A stretch of 63,861 bases of DNA, filler included, from Eubacteriales bacterium (lineage in GTDB: Bacteria; Bacillota; Clostridia; Oscillospirales; CAG-382): NCBI GenBank assembly GCA_045636665.1. It is 10 parts of 10 records of this genome, joined end to end, with 100 filler letters (N's around TTAATTAATTAA, not from the genome) between each part and the next. Parts side by side here need not be neighbours in the genome. Positions count along the whole stretch, not along the records: positions 24,852 to 34,128 come from JAZTXY010000094.1; positions 34,229 to 37,299 come from JAZTXY010000095.1; positions 37,400 to 41,405 come from JAZTXY010000097.1; 7 more parts are not named here. One strand, written 5' to 3'. Numbering within the stretch: position 1 is the first letter of the stretch; each line of letters begins with the position of its first letter. Shown here piece by piece: positions 30,772 to 39,178 of this stretch. Made by a program: the position numbers and the translations under genes. Under the pieces are notes generated by a model. That model did not search any database, had not been told where the DNA came from, and saw nothing but the letters and a program-made list of their open reading frames with translations.

Positions 30772-31755
30772 TTAACCGTTTAGTAATCCCGGAAAATAGG
30801 ATAAAATTAATATAAAGGCATAAATTGCCGATAAGGGTATGAAAGCGAAGTTTAAAAACATTCTGCTTACGTATCCGAATATTGATAAGCTATAACCGCG
30901 ATGTGTTTGCTTGACTAACGATATGTTGTTCTTTTTGATTCCTTTGATTGAATAAACGATTATCGCCGCGATACCGCATCCCATAAAGGCGTACATCAAG
31001 ACGCCCAACAACAATAGGAATACCGAGTCTTGCGGAATAAGCGTACCGATAACAGAAATAGAATTGTTAATAAAGTGAATTAACATCGGAACAAGTATCG
31101 AGCCTGTATATTCGTAACAAACACCGAGCATTAAACCGAAAGCGGTGGCGAATATGATGCGTGGTGGATCGATATGCGCTAACCCGAATAAGACGGACGA
31201 GATTACAATTGCACCGCCTCTGCCGTAAGGAAGCATATTCTTCAGCAATACACCGCGAAACGCCCATTCCTCGAGAATAGCAGGAAGTACAGCGGTCATT
31301 ATAATGCAAAGGACAATATCAAGCGGATTATCTGCCGTCATAGTGCTTTCGGCACTGAAAAATTCAACGAATGTGGGGGCGAATAAACTAATGAGCAGAT
31401 TTATTACATAACCTACACCGATTGAACCTACAACGTAAAGAGCTCCGTATTTTGGGGAAGACCTTTTCGGTAGGAAGATTTCAGTGTTTTTATTAATGCG
31501 TTTAAAAAGCAACCATGCCGTTCCGTAAGGAATAATGATATATGCGGCGTATAATACAATATCAATCAAATAGGAAACGGTTGTATTTTTATAAAGAGCG
31601 GTTGTTGAAATCATCGAAACAATAAACGAAGACAACAACATAAACGCAAACATTAACGAAAGAGAAAAAACGCAAATTCCGGCAACCAAACGCGCGCGTT
31701 TACCGACAGCCTTTCTTTTTTGTTTTTCAATTTCATAAACTTCGCCGATATTCAT
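30772..31755 (-). CDS. CPBP (CAAX/Abi) intramembrane glutamic endopeptidase
   Basis: EEWAFRG, FGLAH, HFINN; multiple TM. Confidence 0.9.
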   Translation of the reverse strand: MNIGEVYEIEKQKRKAVGKRARLVAGICVFSLSLMFAFMLLSSFIVSMISTTALYKNTTVSYLIDIVLYAAYIIIPYGTAWLLFKRINKNTEIFLPKRSSPKYGALYVVGSIGVGYVINLLISLFAPTFVEFFSAESTMTADNPLDIVLCIIMTAVLPAILEEWAFRGVLLKNMLPYGRGGAIVISSVLFGLAHIDPPRIIFATAFGLMLGVCYEYTGSILVPMLIHFINNSISVIGTLIPQDSVFLLLLGVLMYAFMGCGIAAIIVYSIKGIKKNNISLVKQTHRGYSLSIFGYVSRMFLNFAFIPLSAIYAFILILSYFPGLLNG

Positions 31756-31877
31756 AAAATTCCTCCAAAGGGGGATAAACACTTAAAAATATTGATAAGC
31801 AAAGAATTTATATAAATTCATAATATATTATCATATTTTAACCAAAGAGTCAATATGTTAAAAGGCTGTCATATAAG

Positions 31878-31910
31878 AAATTCCACCTGCAAAAGCAAGT
31901 GGAATTTAAA
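31878..31910 (-). terminator. Probable terminator after the tag-nucleotidyltransferase pair
   Basis: AAATTCCACCTGC-AAAA-GCAAGTGGAATTT. Confidence 0.55.
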
Positions 31911-31916
31911 ATATAT

Positions 31917-32570
31917 TTAGGCATTTATACGTTTTTTACACCAATTGAATAAGTTGTCAGACCAACGCTCAAAATCAACGTCATCTTTGTTTTTGAACAT
32001 AAGAAAGCCTTCGACAATTAACCGTTCATCGGGAGAAACGTTTGTCAATAAATCTTTAAGCAAACGAATATATTTGTTTTGTGTTTTAAAGCATATCGCT
32101 TGAATGACAAAAATCGCAGATTTGTAAAGTCCTTTTAATACTTCAATGCTTTTTTCGTGCAACATATTGTGTACACAACCGTGATAGATGTTGCAAACGC
32201 CGATTCTTATTGCTCTTTCTATCGCATCACCGTCAATTAATAAAAGTAATTCGTCAAGCGATCCTTTAATGGGTGTTGTATCGTGGCAAAACTGAAAAAG
32301 GTCAGATGCTTCCCAGTTGAAAATTTCGCTTTTGCCGGAAAGAAATCCGCAAATTTTTTCTCTGTATTCAAGCTTGTCAAGCATTGCATTGTAAGTGCAG
32401 ATATCCTCGGTATTTAATTCATCAAGGATAACAACAACGTCAATATCGCTATCGTCGGTTGCTTCGTTTCGACTGAAGCTTCCTTGTAAACCGACAAACC
32501 AAGCTCGGTTTGAAAAAGTATTATTTAAAGCGGTTAAAAAATCATTCAACCAAGAATTAATATCGATCAT
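31917..32570 (-). CDS. Pol-beta-superfamily nucleotidyltransferase domain protein
   Basis: GLQGSFSRNEA..DSDIDVVV (GS...DxD). Confidence 0.85.
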   Translation of the reverse strand: MIDINSWLNDFLTALNNTFSNRAWFVGLQGSFSRNEATDDSDIDVVVILDELNTEDICTYNAMLDKLEYREKICGFLSGKSEIFNWEASDLFQFCHDTTPIKGSLDELLLLIDGDAIERAIRIGVCNIYHGCVHNMLHEKSIEVLKGLYKSAIFVIQAICFKTQNKYIRLLKDLLTNVSPDERLIVEGFLMFKNKDDVDFERWSDNLFNWCKKRINA

Positions 32571-33124
32571 AACTTCTCCTTGTTATGTAAAAAGCATTGC
32601 TTTTCGTGAGAACTGATCAAGCCAATCGCTTGAAGATAAGAATATATTATTGTCGAGCCGACAAACGTCATTCCACGTTTTTTCAAATCATTCGAAACAG
32701 CATCGGATAGCTCGTTTGTCGTCTTATCTGTTTCAAAAATGATTTTATCTCCCGAAAAATGCTTTAAATAGTTGTAAAACGAATCAAATTCATCAACAAT
32801 CTGCTTGTAAATTTTGCTGTTATTGATACTCGCCTTGATTTTTAATTTGTTGCGAATTATCGATTTGTTATTCAAAAGCTCGTTGATTTTAATTTCGTCG
32901 TATAAGCAAATTTTTTCAATATCAAAATTATCATAAGCCATTCTGAAGCTTTCGCGCTTGTTTAAAACACATTCCCACGATAATCCTGCTTGAAACGATT
33001 CCAAAATCAACATTTCATAAAGATACTGCTCGTCAAAATTAGCCTTGCACCATTCTTCATCGTGGTATTTGACATATATGGGATTTTTAACGTTGCACCA
33101 AGCACATCTTTTTTTACTGTTCAT
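32567..33124 (-). CDS. tag: DNA-3-methyladenine glycosylase I
   Basis: RCAW, YHDEEW, LESFQAGLSW, IIRNKLKI, FVGSTIIYSYLQA, H...C. Confidence 0.93.
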   Translation of the reverse strand: MNSKKRCAWCNVKNPIYVKYHDEEWCKANFDEQYLYEMLILESFQAGLSWECVLNKRESFRMAYDNFDIEKICLYDEIKINELLNNKSIIRNKLKIKASINNSKIYKQIVDEFDSFYNYLKHFSGDKIIFETDKTTNELSDAVSNDLKKRGMTFVGSTIIYSYLQAIGLISSHEKQCFLHNKEKL

Positions 33125-33435
33125 AATTAACGCTTCTTGATGTAAAAATTTAAAAGTACCGATTCGCGATTTTTGCTTGTAACTACAAATAGTATAACAT
33201 TATTTTCTAAAAAATAAAGAGTTTGAAGCAACTTTCTTTACCGAATCTTAACCGTTTTCGGCGATTTTGTTGTCAAAGACAAAAAAATGAAAAAAATCAC
33301 TTGAATTTTGTATTTTCTTTAATTGAAACGATTCTGATTATATGATATGATATTATATATGAAGAACTTTTTTCGGTAAATACTTAAAATAAATATAGCA
33401 AGCGCTGTGTTTATTAAATATAACGGGGGAAATTA

Positions 33436-34128
33436 ATGGCGCATATTTTCGCATCAATCAAAGAATCTTTAACGTCGGTTTTGCCGATTGCGCTGATTGT
33501 TTTAATACTTTCGGTCACCTGTGTAACACTCGATGCAGGCGTACTTGTTCTGTTTTTGTTCGGTACTATTTTACTGATTCTCGGAATGAGCTTTTTTACA
33601 GTCGGCTCGGGCATTTCAATGGAGCCGCTTGGTGACGGCATAGGTAAATCGCTTAACAAGAAAAAAAGAATACTTTTACCCCTTGTTATTTGTTTCGTTC
33701 TCGGTTTTCTTATTACGGTTTCGGAACCCGATTTGCAGGTTCTTGCCGAACAGGTGCCTACTATCCCCAATTCGTTGTTAATTAACTGCGTTGGCGCAGG
33801 TGTTGGTATTTTTTTGAGTATTACTCTTATCCGAAGCAAAAAAGAAGTTCCGCTTCGCAGGCTTCTTGTAATATTCTACGCACTTATAATCGCGCTCGCA
33901 TTCTTTGCGCCGATTGAATTTATACCCACCGCATTTGACTCGGGCGGTGTAACCACGGGCCCGATTACGGTACCTTTCATTATGGCGCTCGGCGCAGGTC
34001 TTGCGGCAAGCAAAAAGGGTAAAAACACCGGTGAACACAGCTTCGGTCTTGTTGCGCTTTGCAGTATCGGTCCTATTTTATCGGTGCTGCTGCTTAGCAT
34101 ATTCTATGACCCCCACCCCACAACCTCG
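33436..34128 (+). CDS. DUF1538 family membrane protein, 3'-truncated
   Basis: ITVSEPDL, AFDSGGVTTGPITVPFIMALG, SFGLVALCSIGPI. Confidence 0.88.
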
Positions 34129-34228
34129 NNNNNNNNNNNNNNNNNNNNNNNNNNNNNNNNNNNNNNNNNNNNTTAATTAATTAANNNNNNNNNNNNNNNN
34201 NNNNNNNNNNNNNNNNNNNNNNNNNNNN

Positions 34229-34254
34229 AGAACGACATGGCTACGATCCGACTT
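34229..34254 (-). other. Untrimmed MGI/BGI sequencing adapter
   Basis: Reverse complement is AAGTCGGATCGTAGCCATGTCGTTCT, the start of the DNBSEQ reverse adapter. Confidence 0.95.
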
Positions 34255-35139
34255 GGCGGCACCGATTTTGAATCGGTTTCGTCGGTTATTAAGGATGCCG
34301 ATGTTGTTGTTACCTCTTGGGGAAACAAGCCCATTGATGAACAGCATTTGGCGCTTTGCCCCAATTTGAAGCTTCTCATCCACGCGGCAGGCAGTGTTAA
34401 ACCGGTTGTGTCCGACGCGCTTTGGCAAAAAGGCGTGCGCGTGACCGCAAGCGCAAACGTGCTTAGCATGGGCGTTTCCGAAACCGCGCTTGGATTTACT
34501 ATCGCCGCATCGAAAAACTTTTTCGCTCATAACGAAAATATTCACAACGGCGGCTGGGCAGAGGGTAAGGAAAACATCCGCGAGCTTTATGACCTTACAA
34601 TCGGCGTTATCGGTTGCGGTTGGGCAGGCAGACACTATATCGAGCTTATGCAAGCGTTCGACGTTGATATCGTTCTTTATGACCCCTTTGTTTCCGATGA
34701 ACGCGCAAAAGAGCTTGGCGTTCGCAAGGCGGATTTCGAAACCGTACTTAAGGAAAGCGACATAATCTCTATCCACGCACCCCAAATCCCCGAAACCTAT
34801 CATATGTTTAACGAAGAAACTCTTAAGCTTATGAAAAAGGATGCAGTCCTTATCAATACCGCGCGCGGCACTATTATCGATGAAACTGCGCTTTACAACC
34901 ATATGGCTGCAGGCAACCTTAAATACGCTTGTCTTGACGTTACCGACCCCGAACCGCCTGCTGTTGACAATCCCCTTCGCACCCTTAAGAACTGCATAAT
35001 GACTCCTCACCTTGCAGGCCTTGCAAACAACGGTCTTAAAAAGATCGGTCAGCACGTTTGCGAGGAATTGGAGCTTTTCCTTGCCGAAGGCAAGCTCGAA
35101 ACCGAGGTTACCGAGGAAATGCTCGCCCGTATGGCATAG
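34255..35139 (+). CDS. D-isomer-specific 2-hydroxyacid dehydrogenase, 5'-truncated
   Basis: HAAGSVK, GVIGCGWAG, INTARG, LDVTDPEP, TPHLAG; the track's Met start lies inside the adapter. Confidence 0.88.
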   Translation, partial: GGTDFESVSSVIKDADVVVTSWGNKPIDEQHLALCPNLKLLIHAAGSVKPVVSDALWQKGVRVTASANVLSMGVSETALGFTIAASKNFFAHNENIHNGGWAEGKENIRELYDLTIGVIGCGWAGRHYIELMQAFDVDIVLYDPFVSDERAKELGVRKADFETVLKESDIISIHAPQIPETYHMFNEETLKLMKKDAVLINTARGTIIDETALYNHMAAGNLKYACLDVTDPEPPAVDNPLRTLKNCIMTPHLAGLANNGLKKIGQHVCEELELFLAEGKLETEVTEEMLARMA

Positions 35140-35142
35140 TAG

Positions 35143-35190
35143 TTGACAAACGCGATAAAGTGTGTTAATATGTGTATAATCTATTAACAC
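35143..35190 (+). promoter_or_regulatory. Sigma-A promoter overlapped by a 9-bp inverted repeat
   Basis: TTGACA(35143)-17nt-TAATAT; GTGTTAATA(35162-70)...TATTAACAC(35182-90). Confidence 0.55.
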
Positions 35191-35201
35191 GGAGGCAAAC
35201 C

Positions 35202-36056
35202 ATGAAAAAATTATCTGTTCTTGTACTTGCACTCGTTTTGTGTATGTCCTTCGCGCTTGTTGCTCAAGCAGGAAACTACACCATTCAAGAAGACGGCAAT
35301 GCAGTTTATGATACTGCTATCGGCTATGTTTTTGATATAAGAGCCGTTAACGATAAAATCACCGGTGAAGATGCAGTTATTATGACAAGCAATGATTTTA
35401 CCGGTCAGATCGGTAGCTGGTCGATTTGGACTATCGCTGAAGAGCTGGATGATAGCGGCATTTACAAAGCAATCAAAGATGCAGAACCGTCACAGGGCAC
35501 TCCTCCCGCGGTTCAGCTTGGTGAAAATCAAATTCTTATCGCGGTTCATTCCTCTACCTCTAACCCCAATAAAGCCGCAGAAAACAATTGGCATAACTGG
35601 GAAGATAAGGTTGCATTCCTCGCGGTAAAGAGCGGCGATTGCTTCGTATTTGACGGAGTTGACCTTGATAACGGCACCTGCACCAACGGTAAAATGCTTT
35701 GCGTAAGCGAAGATGATGTTTTAGCAGGCATAATCCAATGGCCCGACGGCACCGAAACGAGCGAACCCGAAATTAGCGAACCCGAAACAAGCACTCCCAC
35801 AGAAAACACTCCCGATGAAAGCGAGCCTACCGACGCAAGCGCTGAAGAAGAAAACAAGAGCGATTCCGAAAATGTGACCGGTAATGCAAGCACCGCTGAA
35901 TCCTCTGCTACCGAAATCATTGACGATTCCGAAGTGACTTCTTCCAATATCGAAATCGACGGCGACAGCGAAGGCCTTGGTGTATGGCTTTGGGTTATCA
36001 TCGGCGTGGCTGTTGTTGCAGTTATCGTTGTTATAATAGTTATTAAGAAGAAATAA
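35202..36056 (+). CDS. Secreted, C-terminally anchored hypothetical protein with acidic S/T/E linker
   Basis: GGAGG RBS, signal peptide AQA, linker, TM plus KKK tail. Confidence 0.8.
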   Translation: MKKLSVLVLALVLCMSFALVAQAGNYTIQEDGNAVYDTAIGYVFDIRAVNDKITGEDAVIMTSNDFTGQIGSWSIWTIAEELDDSGIYKAIKDAEPSQGTPPAVQLGENQILIAVHSSTSNPNKAAENNWHNWEDKVAFLAVKSGDCFVFDGVDLDNGTCTNGKMLCVSEDDVLAGIIQWPDGTETSEPEISEPETSTPTENTPDESEPTDASAEEENKSDSENVTGNASTAESSATEIIDDSEVTSSNIEIDGDSEGLGVWLWVIIGVAVVAVIVVIIVIKKK

Positions 36057-36070
36057 TTAAGCCTTAAAAC

Positions 36071-36100
36071 AAAAAATCCCGACATTCGTCGGGATTTTCT
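36071..36100. terminator. Bidirectional terminator
   Basis: AAAATCCCGAC-ATTC-GTCGGGATTTT. Confidence 0.8.
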
Positions 36101-36109
36101 TTATTTAAA

Positions 36110-37299
36110 TTAATGCAATTTCGCGCCTGCGGGGATGCGGTTGCTTACCATAATAAGATTAAGCTTTTCTTCATCCTCTTCGGTGTGGATTGCAGAAAGA
36201 AGCATACCGCAGGATTCTATGCCCATCATTGCTCTGGGAGGAAGGTTGGTGATTGCAATAAGCGTTTTGCCGACCAATTCCTCGGGCTCATAGAATGCGT
36301 GGATGCCGCTTAAAATCGTTCTGTCGGTGCCTGTGCCGTCGTCGAGGGTGAACTTAAGAAGCTTCTTCGACTTCGGTACTGCTTCACACGCCTTAACCTT
36401 AACGGCTCTGAAATCCGATTTAACGAAGGTTTCGAAATCAACGTTTTCCTCGTAAAGCGGTTCGATAACTACCTTGGAGAAATCGATAACCTCTTCAACG
36501 ATTTCTTCCTTTTCGGTTGCTTTTGCTTCCTTCTTGCTTCCCGAATTGAGCGATTTAAGGGTCGGGAAGAGCAAAACGTCGCGGATTGCTTGCGAATCGG
36601 TAAGGAGCATACACATTCTGTCGATACCGTAGCCGATACCGCCTGTGGGAGGCATACCGATTTCAAGCGCGTTAAGGAAGTCCTCATCGGTGTGGTTTGC
36701 TTCCTCGTCGCCTTGAGCAAACTGTTCTTCTTGAGCGGCGAATCGAGCGCGTTGGTCAATCGGGTCGTTAAGCTCGGAATAAGCGTTTGCCATTTCCCAG
36801 CCGTTCATAAAGAACTCGAAGCGTTCAACGTAATCGGGGTTTTCGGGCTTGCGCTTGGTAAGAGGCGAGATTTCAACGGGGTGGTCCATAACGAACGTAG
36901 GTTGAACAAGATGCTCTTCAACAAATTCTTCAAAGAAGAGGTTGAGGATATCGCCCTTCTTGTGGCGCGGTTCATAATGAACGCCCTTTTCGTCTGCAAC
37001 AGCGCGAGCTTCTTCGGTGGTGTTGATTTCGTTAAAGTCAACACCCGAATATTTCTTGACCGCATCAACCATAGTAATGCGTTCAAAGGGCTTGCCGAGG
37101 TCCATTTCGATGCCGTTGTAAACGATTTTGGTCGAGCCGAGAACTTCGTTTGCAACGTGGCGGTACATATTTTCGGTAAGGGCCATCATACCGTAGTAAT
37201 CGGTATATGCCTGATAAAGCTCCATAAGGGTGAATTCGGGGTTATGACGGGTGTCAACGCCTTCATTTCTGAAAACTCTGCCGATTTCATAAACCTTTT
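36110..37299 (-). CDS. lysS: Lysyl-tRNA synthetase (class II) fused to a C-terminal Trbp111/MetG-C tRNA-binding domain, 5'-truncated
   Basis: [46 protein letters not shown], then [29 protein letters not shown]. Confidence 0.95.
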
Positions 37300-37400
37300 N
37301 NNNNNNNNNNNNNNNNNNNNNNNNNNNNNNNNNNNNNNNNNNNTTAATTAATTAANNNNNNNNNNNNNNNNNNNNNNNNNNNNNNNNNNNNNNNNNNNNT

Positions 37401-37556
37401 CCGCGATAGCGGAATGTAATCAGTTCGCCTTGCGAACTGTATGTCATCAAGGCGGTAGCCTTGTATGTTCTTTTTGCGGCTTAATTACATACGCAACATT
37501 CGTTGCAATTACATACAAAGCTTTGCTTTGATTACATTCACACCTCAGGTGTGATT
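37401..37556. repeat. Repeat+hairpin array A (GWATGTAATC-type / RATTACATWC units)
   Basis: Left units at 37412, 37439, 37463; complementary right units at 37483, 37507, 37530; short variable hairpins between units. Confidence 0.85.
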
Positions 37557-37580
37557 TAATACATCAAGCACAAAAGGGTA

Positions 37581-37600
37581 GAATCCTCCTGCCCCTGCCA
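37581..37600 (+). other. Isolated tRNA 3'-end fragment (tRNA-Trp-like), candidate att-site remnant
   Basis: GAATCCTCCTGCCCCTGCCA resembles the T-arm/acceptor/CCA end of Bacillota tRNA-Trp; no 5' half upstream; terminator follows immediately. Confidence 0.65.
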
Positions 37601-37634
37601 GAAAAACCGACAAGTTTCGACTTGTCGGTTTTTC
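37601..37634 (+). terminator. Intrinsic terminator after the tRNA-like 3' end
   Basis: GAAAAACCGACAAGT-TTCG-ACTTGTCGGTTTTTC. Confidence 0.85.
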
Positions 37635-37637
37635 AAC

Positions 37638-37804
37638 TAAGTGCGCCTTTCGGCGCGTGAAGTTTGCTTCGCAAGTGAAGTTGTCCTATGGCCGGTGAAG
37701 TTTCTGCGGAAGTGAGCGGCGCACTTAACTTCACTTTGTGCCACAGCACAAAACTTCATTATGCCTTATGCATAACTTCACATCGGCGTTAGCCGATACT
37801 TCAC
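37638..37804. repeat. Repeat+hairpin array B (GTGAAGT / ACTTCAC units)
   Basis: GTGAAGT at 37657, 37675, 37695 (plus GTGAG 37712); ACTTCA(C/T) at 37728, 37753, 37775, 37798; short variable hairpins between units. Confidence 0.85.
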
Positions 37805-37844
37805 TAAAAAATGCAATACTTCAAATTCACACAAAACCATAAAC

Positions 37845-37875
37845 AAAAAACCGACTTGATTGACAAGTCGGTTTT
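37845..37875 (-). terminator. Terminator of the dockerin-protein gene
   Basis: AAAAAACCGACTTG-ATTGA-CAAGTCGGTTTT. Confidence 0.75.
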
Positions 37876-37881
37876 ACTGTT

Positions 37882-39012
37882 TTATTCGCCTATTTCGTAG
37901 GTGCCCAAAATTGCGCGCTTGATGAGGATGTAGTCAAACTTTTCGGTTTCGCCGTTTTTATTTACGTCAGCGGCGATGGTTTGGAAATCGCCCATATCGT
38001 AGGTACCGAGGATATCGCGCTTAACGAGGATATAGTCGTATTTATCAACCGCGTTATCATCGTTTACGTCGCCTGCGGAATAGAAAATCTCTTTTTGAAG
38101 CTTTGTTGTATTTTCGATGAGCTTGGTTGCGATTTCATCGCCGTTGTTTGCATTGCCCTTGTAGATTTGAGCAAGCTGTTCCTTGTAATGCGATCTGTCG
38201 ACGATAACAAGGCCGTGGTCGATATAGCTTTCGCATTTAGCGTTGTTCCAGTCGGGCTTACGAGCGTTTTTAACGCCGAGAATGAGTTCGATGAAGTTGT
38301 TGTAATCCTTGAAGCGGTCGCTTACCTTACCGACGTTAAAGCAGCCTGCGGAGCTGTAGGAATCGGGGGTAATGCCGTCAACGGGAGCACCGCTCCATTG
38401 GGTGCGCGCGTGGATATTGATATACTTCGAGGTGCTTACGTAATTGGTGGTTTCGGTGCAACGCATTACGGGAACCTGAGTACCGTCGTCCTCAACCCAG
38501 AGTGCCGCATAGCTTCCGCCGTGGTTGATGGATTGGATGTTGTAAATGCCGTCAAGCACGGTAGGTACGGGATCGCCCTCGTTGGTTTCGGGGTTACGGG
38601 GGTTATCGGGGAGAGTCGAATTGTTTTCGGATTCGTATACTACGGTAGGAACGCCGTCCTTAAGCTGGATTACCGCGCAGTAGGATGCCAAACGGTATTT
38701 GCTGTAATCGCTGTAGGTTTTATCATCAACGTTATCGCTGCAGCCGTCGAAGAAGAAAACGATGCTTTTGCCGTCCTTGAGATTACGTTCAACACGGTGG
38801 TTGTTGGTTTCGGAAAGCAGGTGGTAGCGCATCATAACGTCAACGTAGGTTGCGTGATATTTGTTGGAAATAATTGTGGACTTAACACCCTGAACGTCTT
38901 TTTCGGTGAACCAGGTATCCTCGGCAGAGGCATTGATGCCGACGGGAATCGCCGTGAGCAACATGCAAGCTGCGAGAAGCATTTTCAAGAATCGTTTTGT
39001 GACTTTTTTCAT
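37882..39012 (-). CDS. Secreted protein with a C-terminal dockerin and a putative His/Cys (L,D-transpeptidase-like) catalytic domain
   Basis: Signal peptide ASA; duplicated dockerin loops GDVNDDNAVDKYDYILVKR / ADVNKNGETEKFDYILIKR; INIH...SSAGCF. Confidence 0.78.
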   Translation of the reverse strand: MKKVTKRFLKMLLAACMLLTAIPVGINASAEDTWFTEKDVQGVKSTIISNKYHATYVDVMMRYHLLSETNNHRVERNLKDGKSIVFFFDGCSDNVDDKTYSDYSKYRLASYCAVIQLKDGVPTVVYESENNSTLPDNPRNPETNEGDPVPTVLDGIYNIQSINHGGSYAALWVEDDGTQVPVMRCTETTNYVSTSKYINIHARTQWSGAPVDGITPDSYSSAGCFNVGKVSDRFKDYNNFIELILGVKNARKPDWNNAKCESYIDHGLVIVDRSHYKEQLAQIYKGNANNGDEIATKLIENTTKLQKEIFYSAGDVNDDNAVDKYDYILVKRDILGTYDMGDFQTIAADVNKNGETEKFDYILIKRAILGTYEIGE

Positions 39013-39055
39013 AGCCAACCTCCAAGTTTTTGTTTTTACATAATATGCTGAATTT

Positions 39056-39141
39056 ACTATACTACATTTTACTCAATATGTCAATAAGTTTTAATAACGC
39101 ACTGCGATTATCTTGACAATTTGCACAAAAGATGATACAAT
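39056..39141. promoter_or_regulatory. Divergent sigma-A promoters
   Basis: + TTGACA(39113)-17nt-TACAAT; - TTGACA(39084)-17nt-TATAGT. Confidence 0.7.
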
Positions 39142-39178
39142 ACAAAAAATTATACAACACTTTTTGGAGTGATTTTTC

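Noticed and set aside
34237..34254. MATIRL start of the hydroxyacid dehydrogenase
   Set aside because: Lies within adapter sequence.
37401..37804. Repeat-spacer pattern as CRISPR
   Set aside because: Repeats are only 7-10 nt, spacers are 10-18-nt hairpins, orientation inverts midway, and no cas genes are present. Kept as a different finding.
37981..39051. Long antisense ORFs (also 4756-5634, 13007-13798, 21863-22846, 22572-23588, 34177-35232, 45376-46398)
   Set aside because: Shadows of well-supported genes on the opposite strand, with no recognisable motifs.
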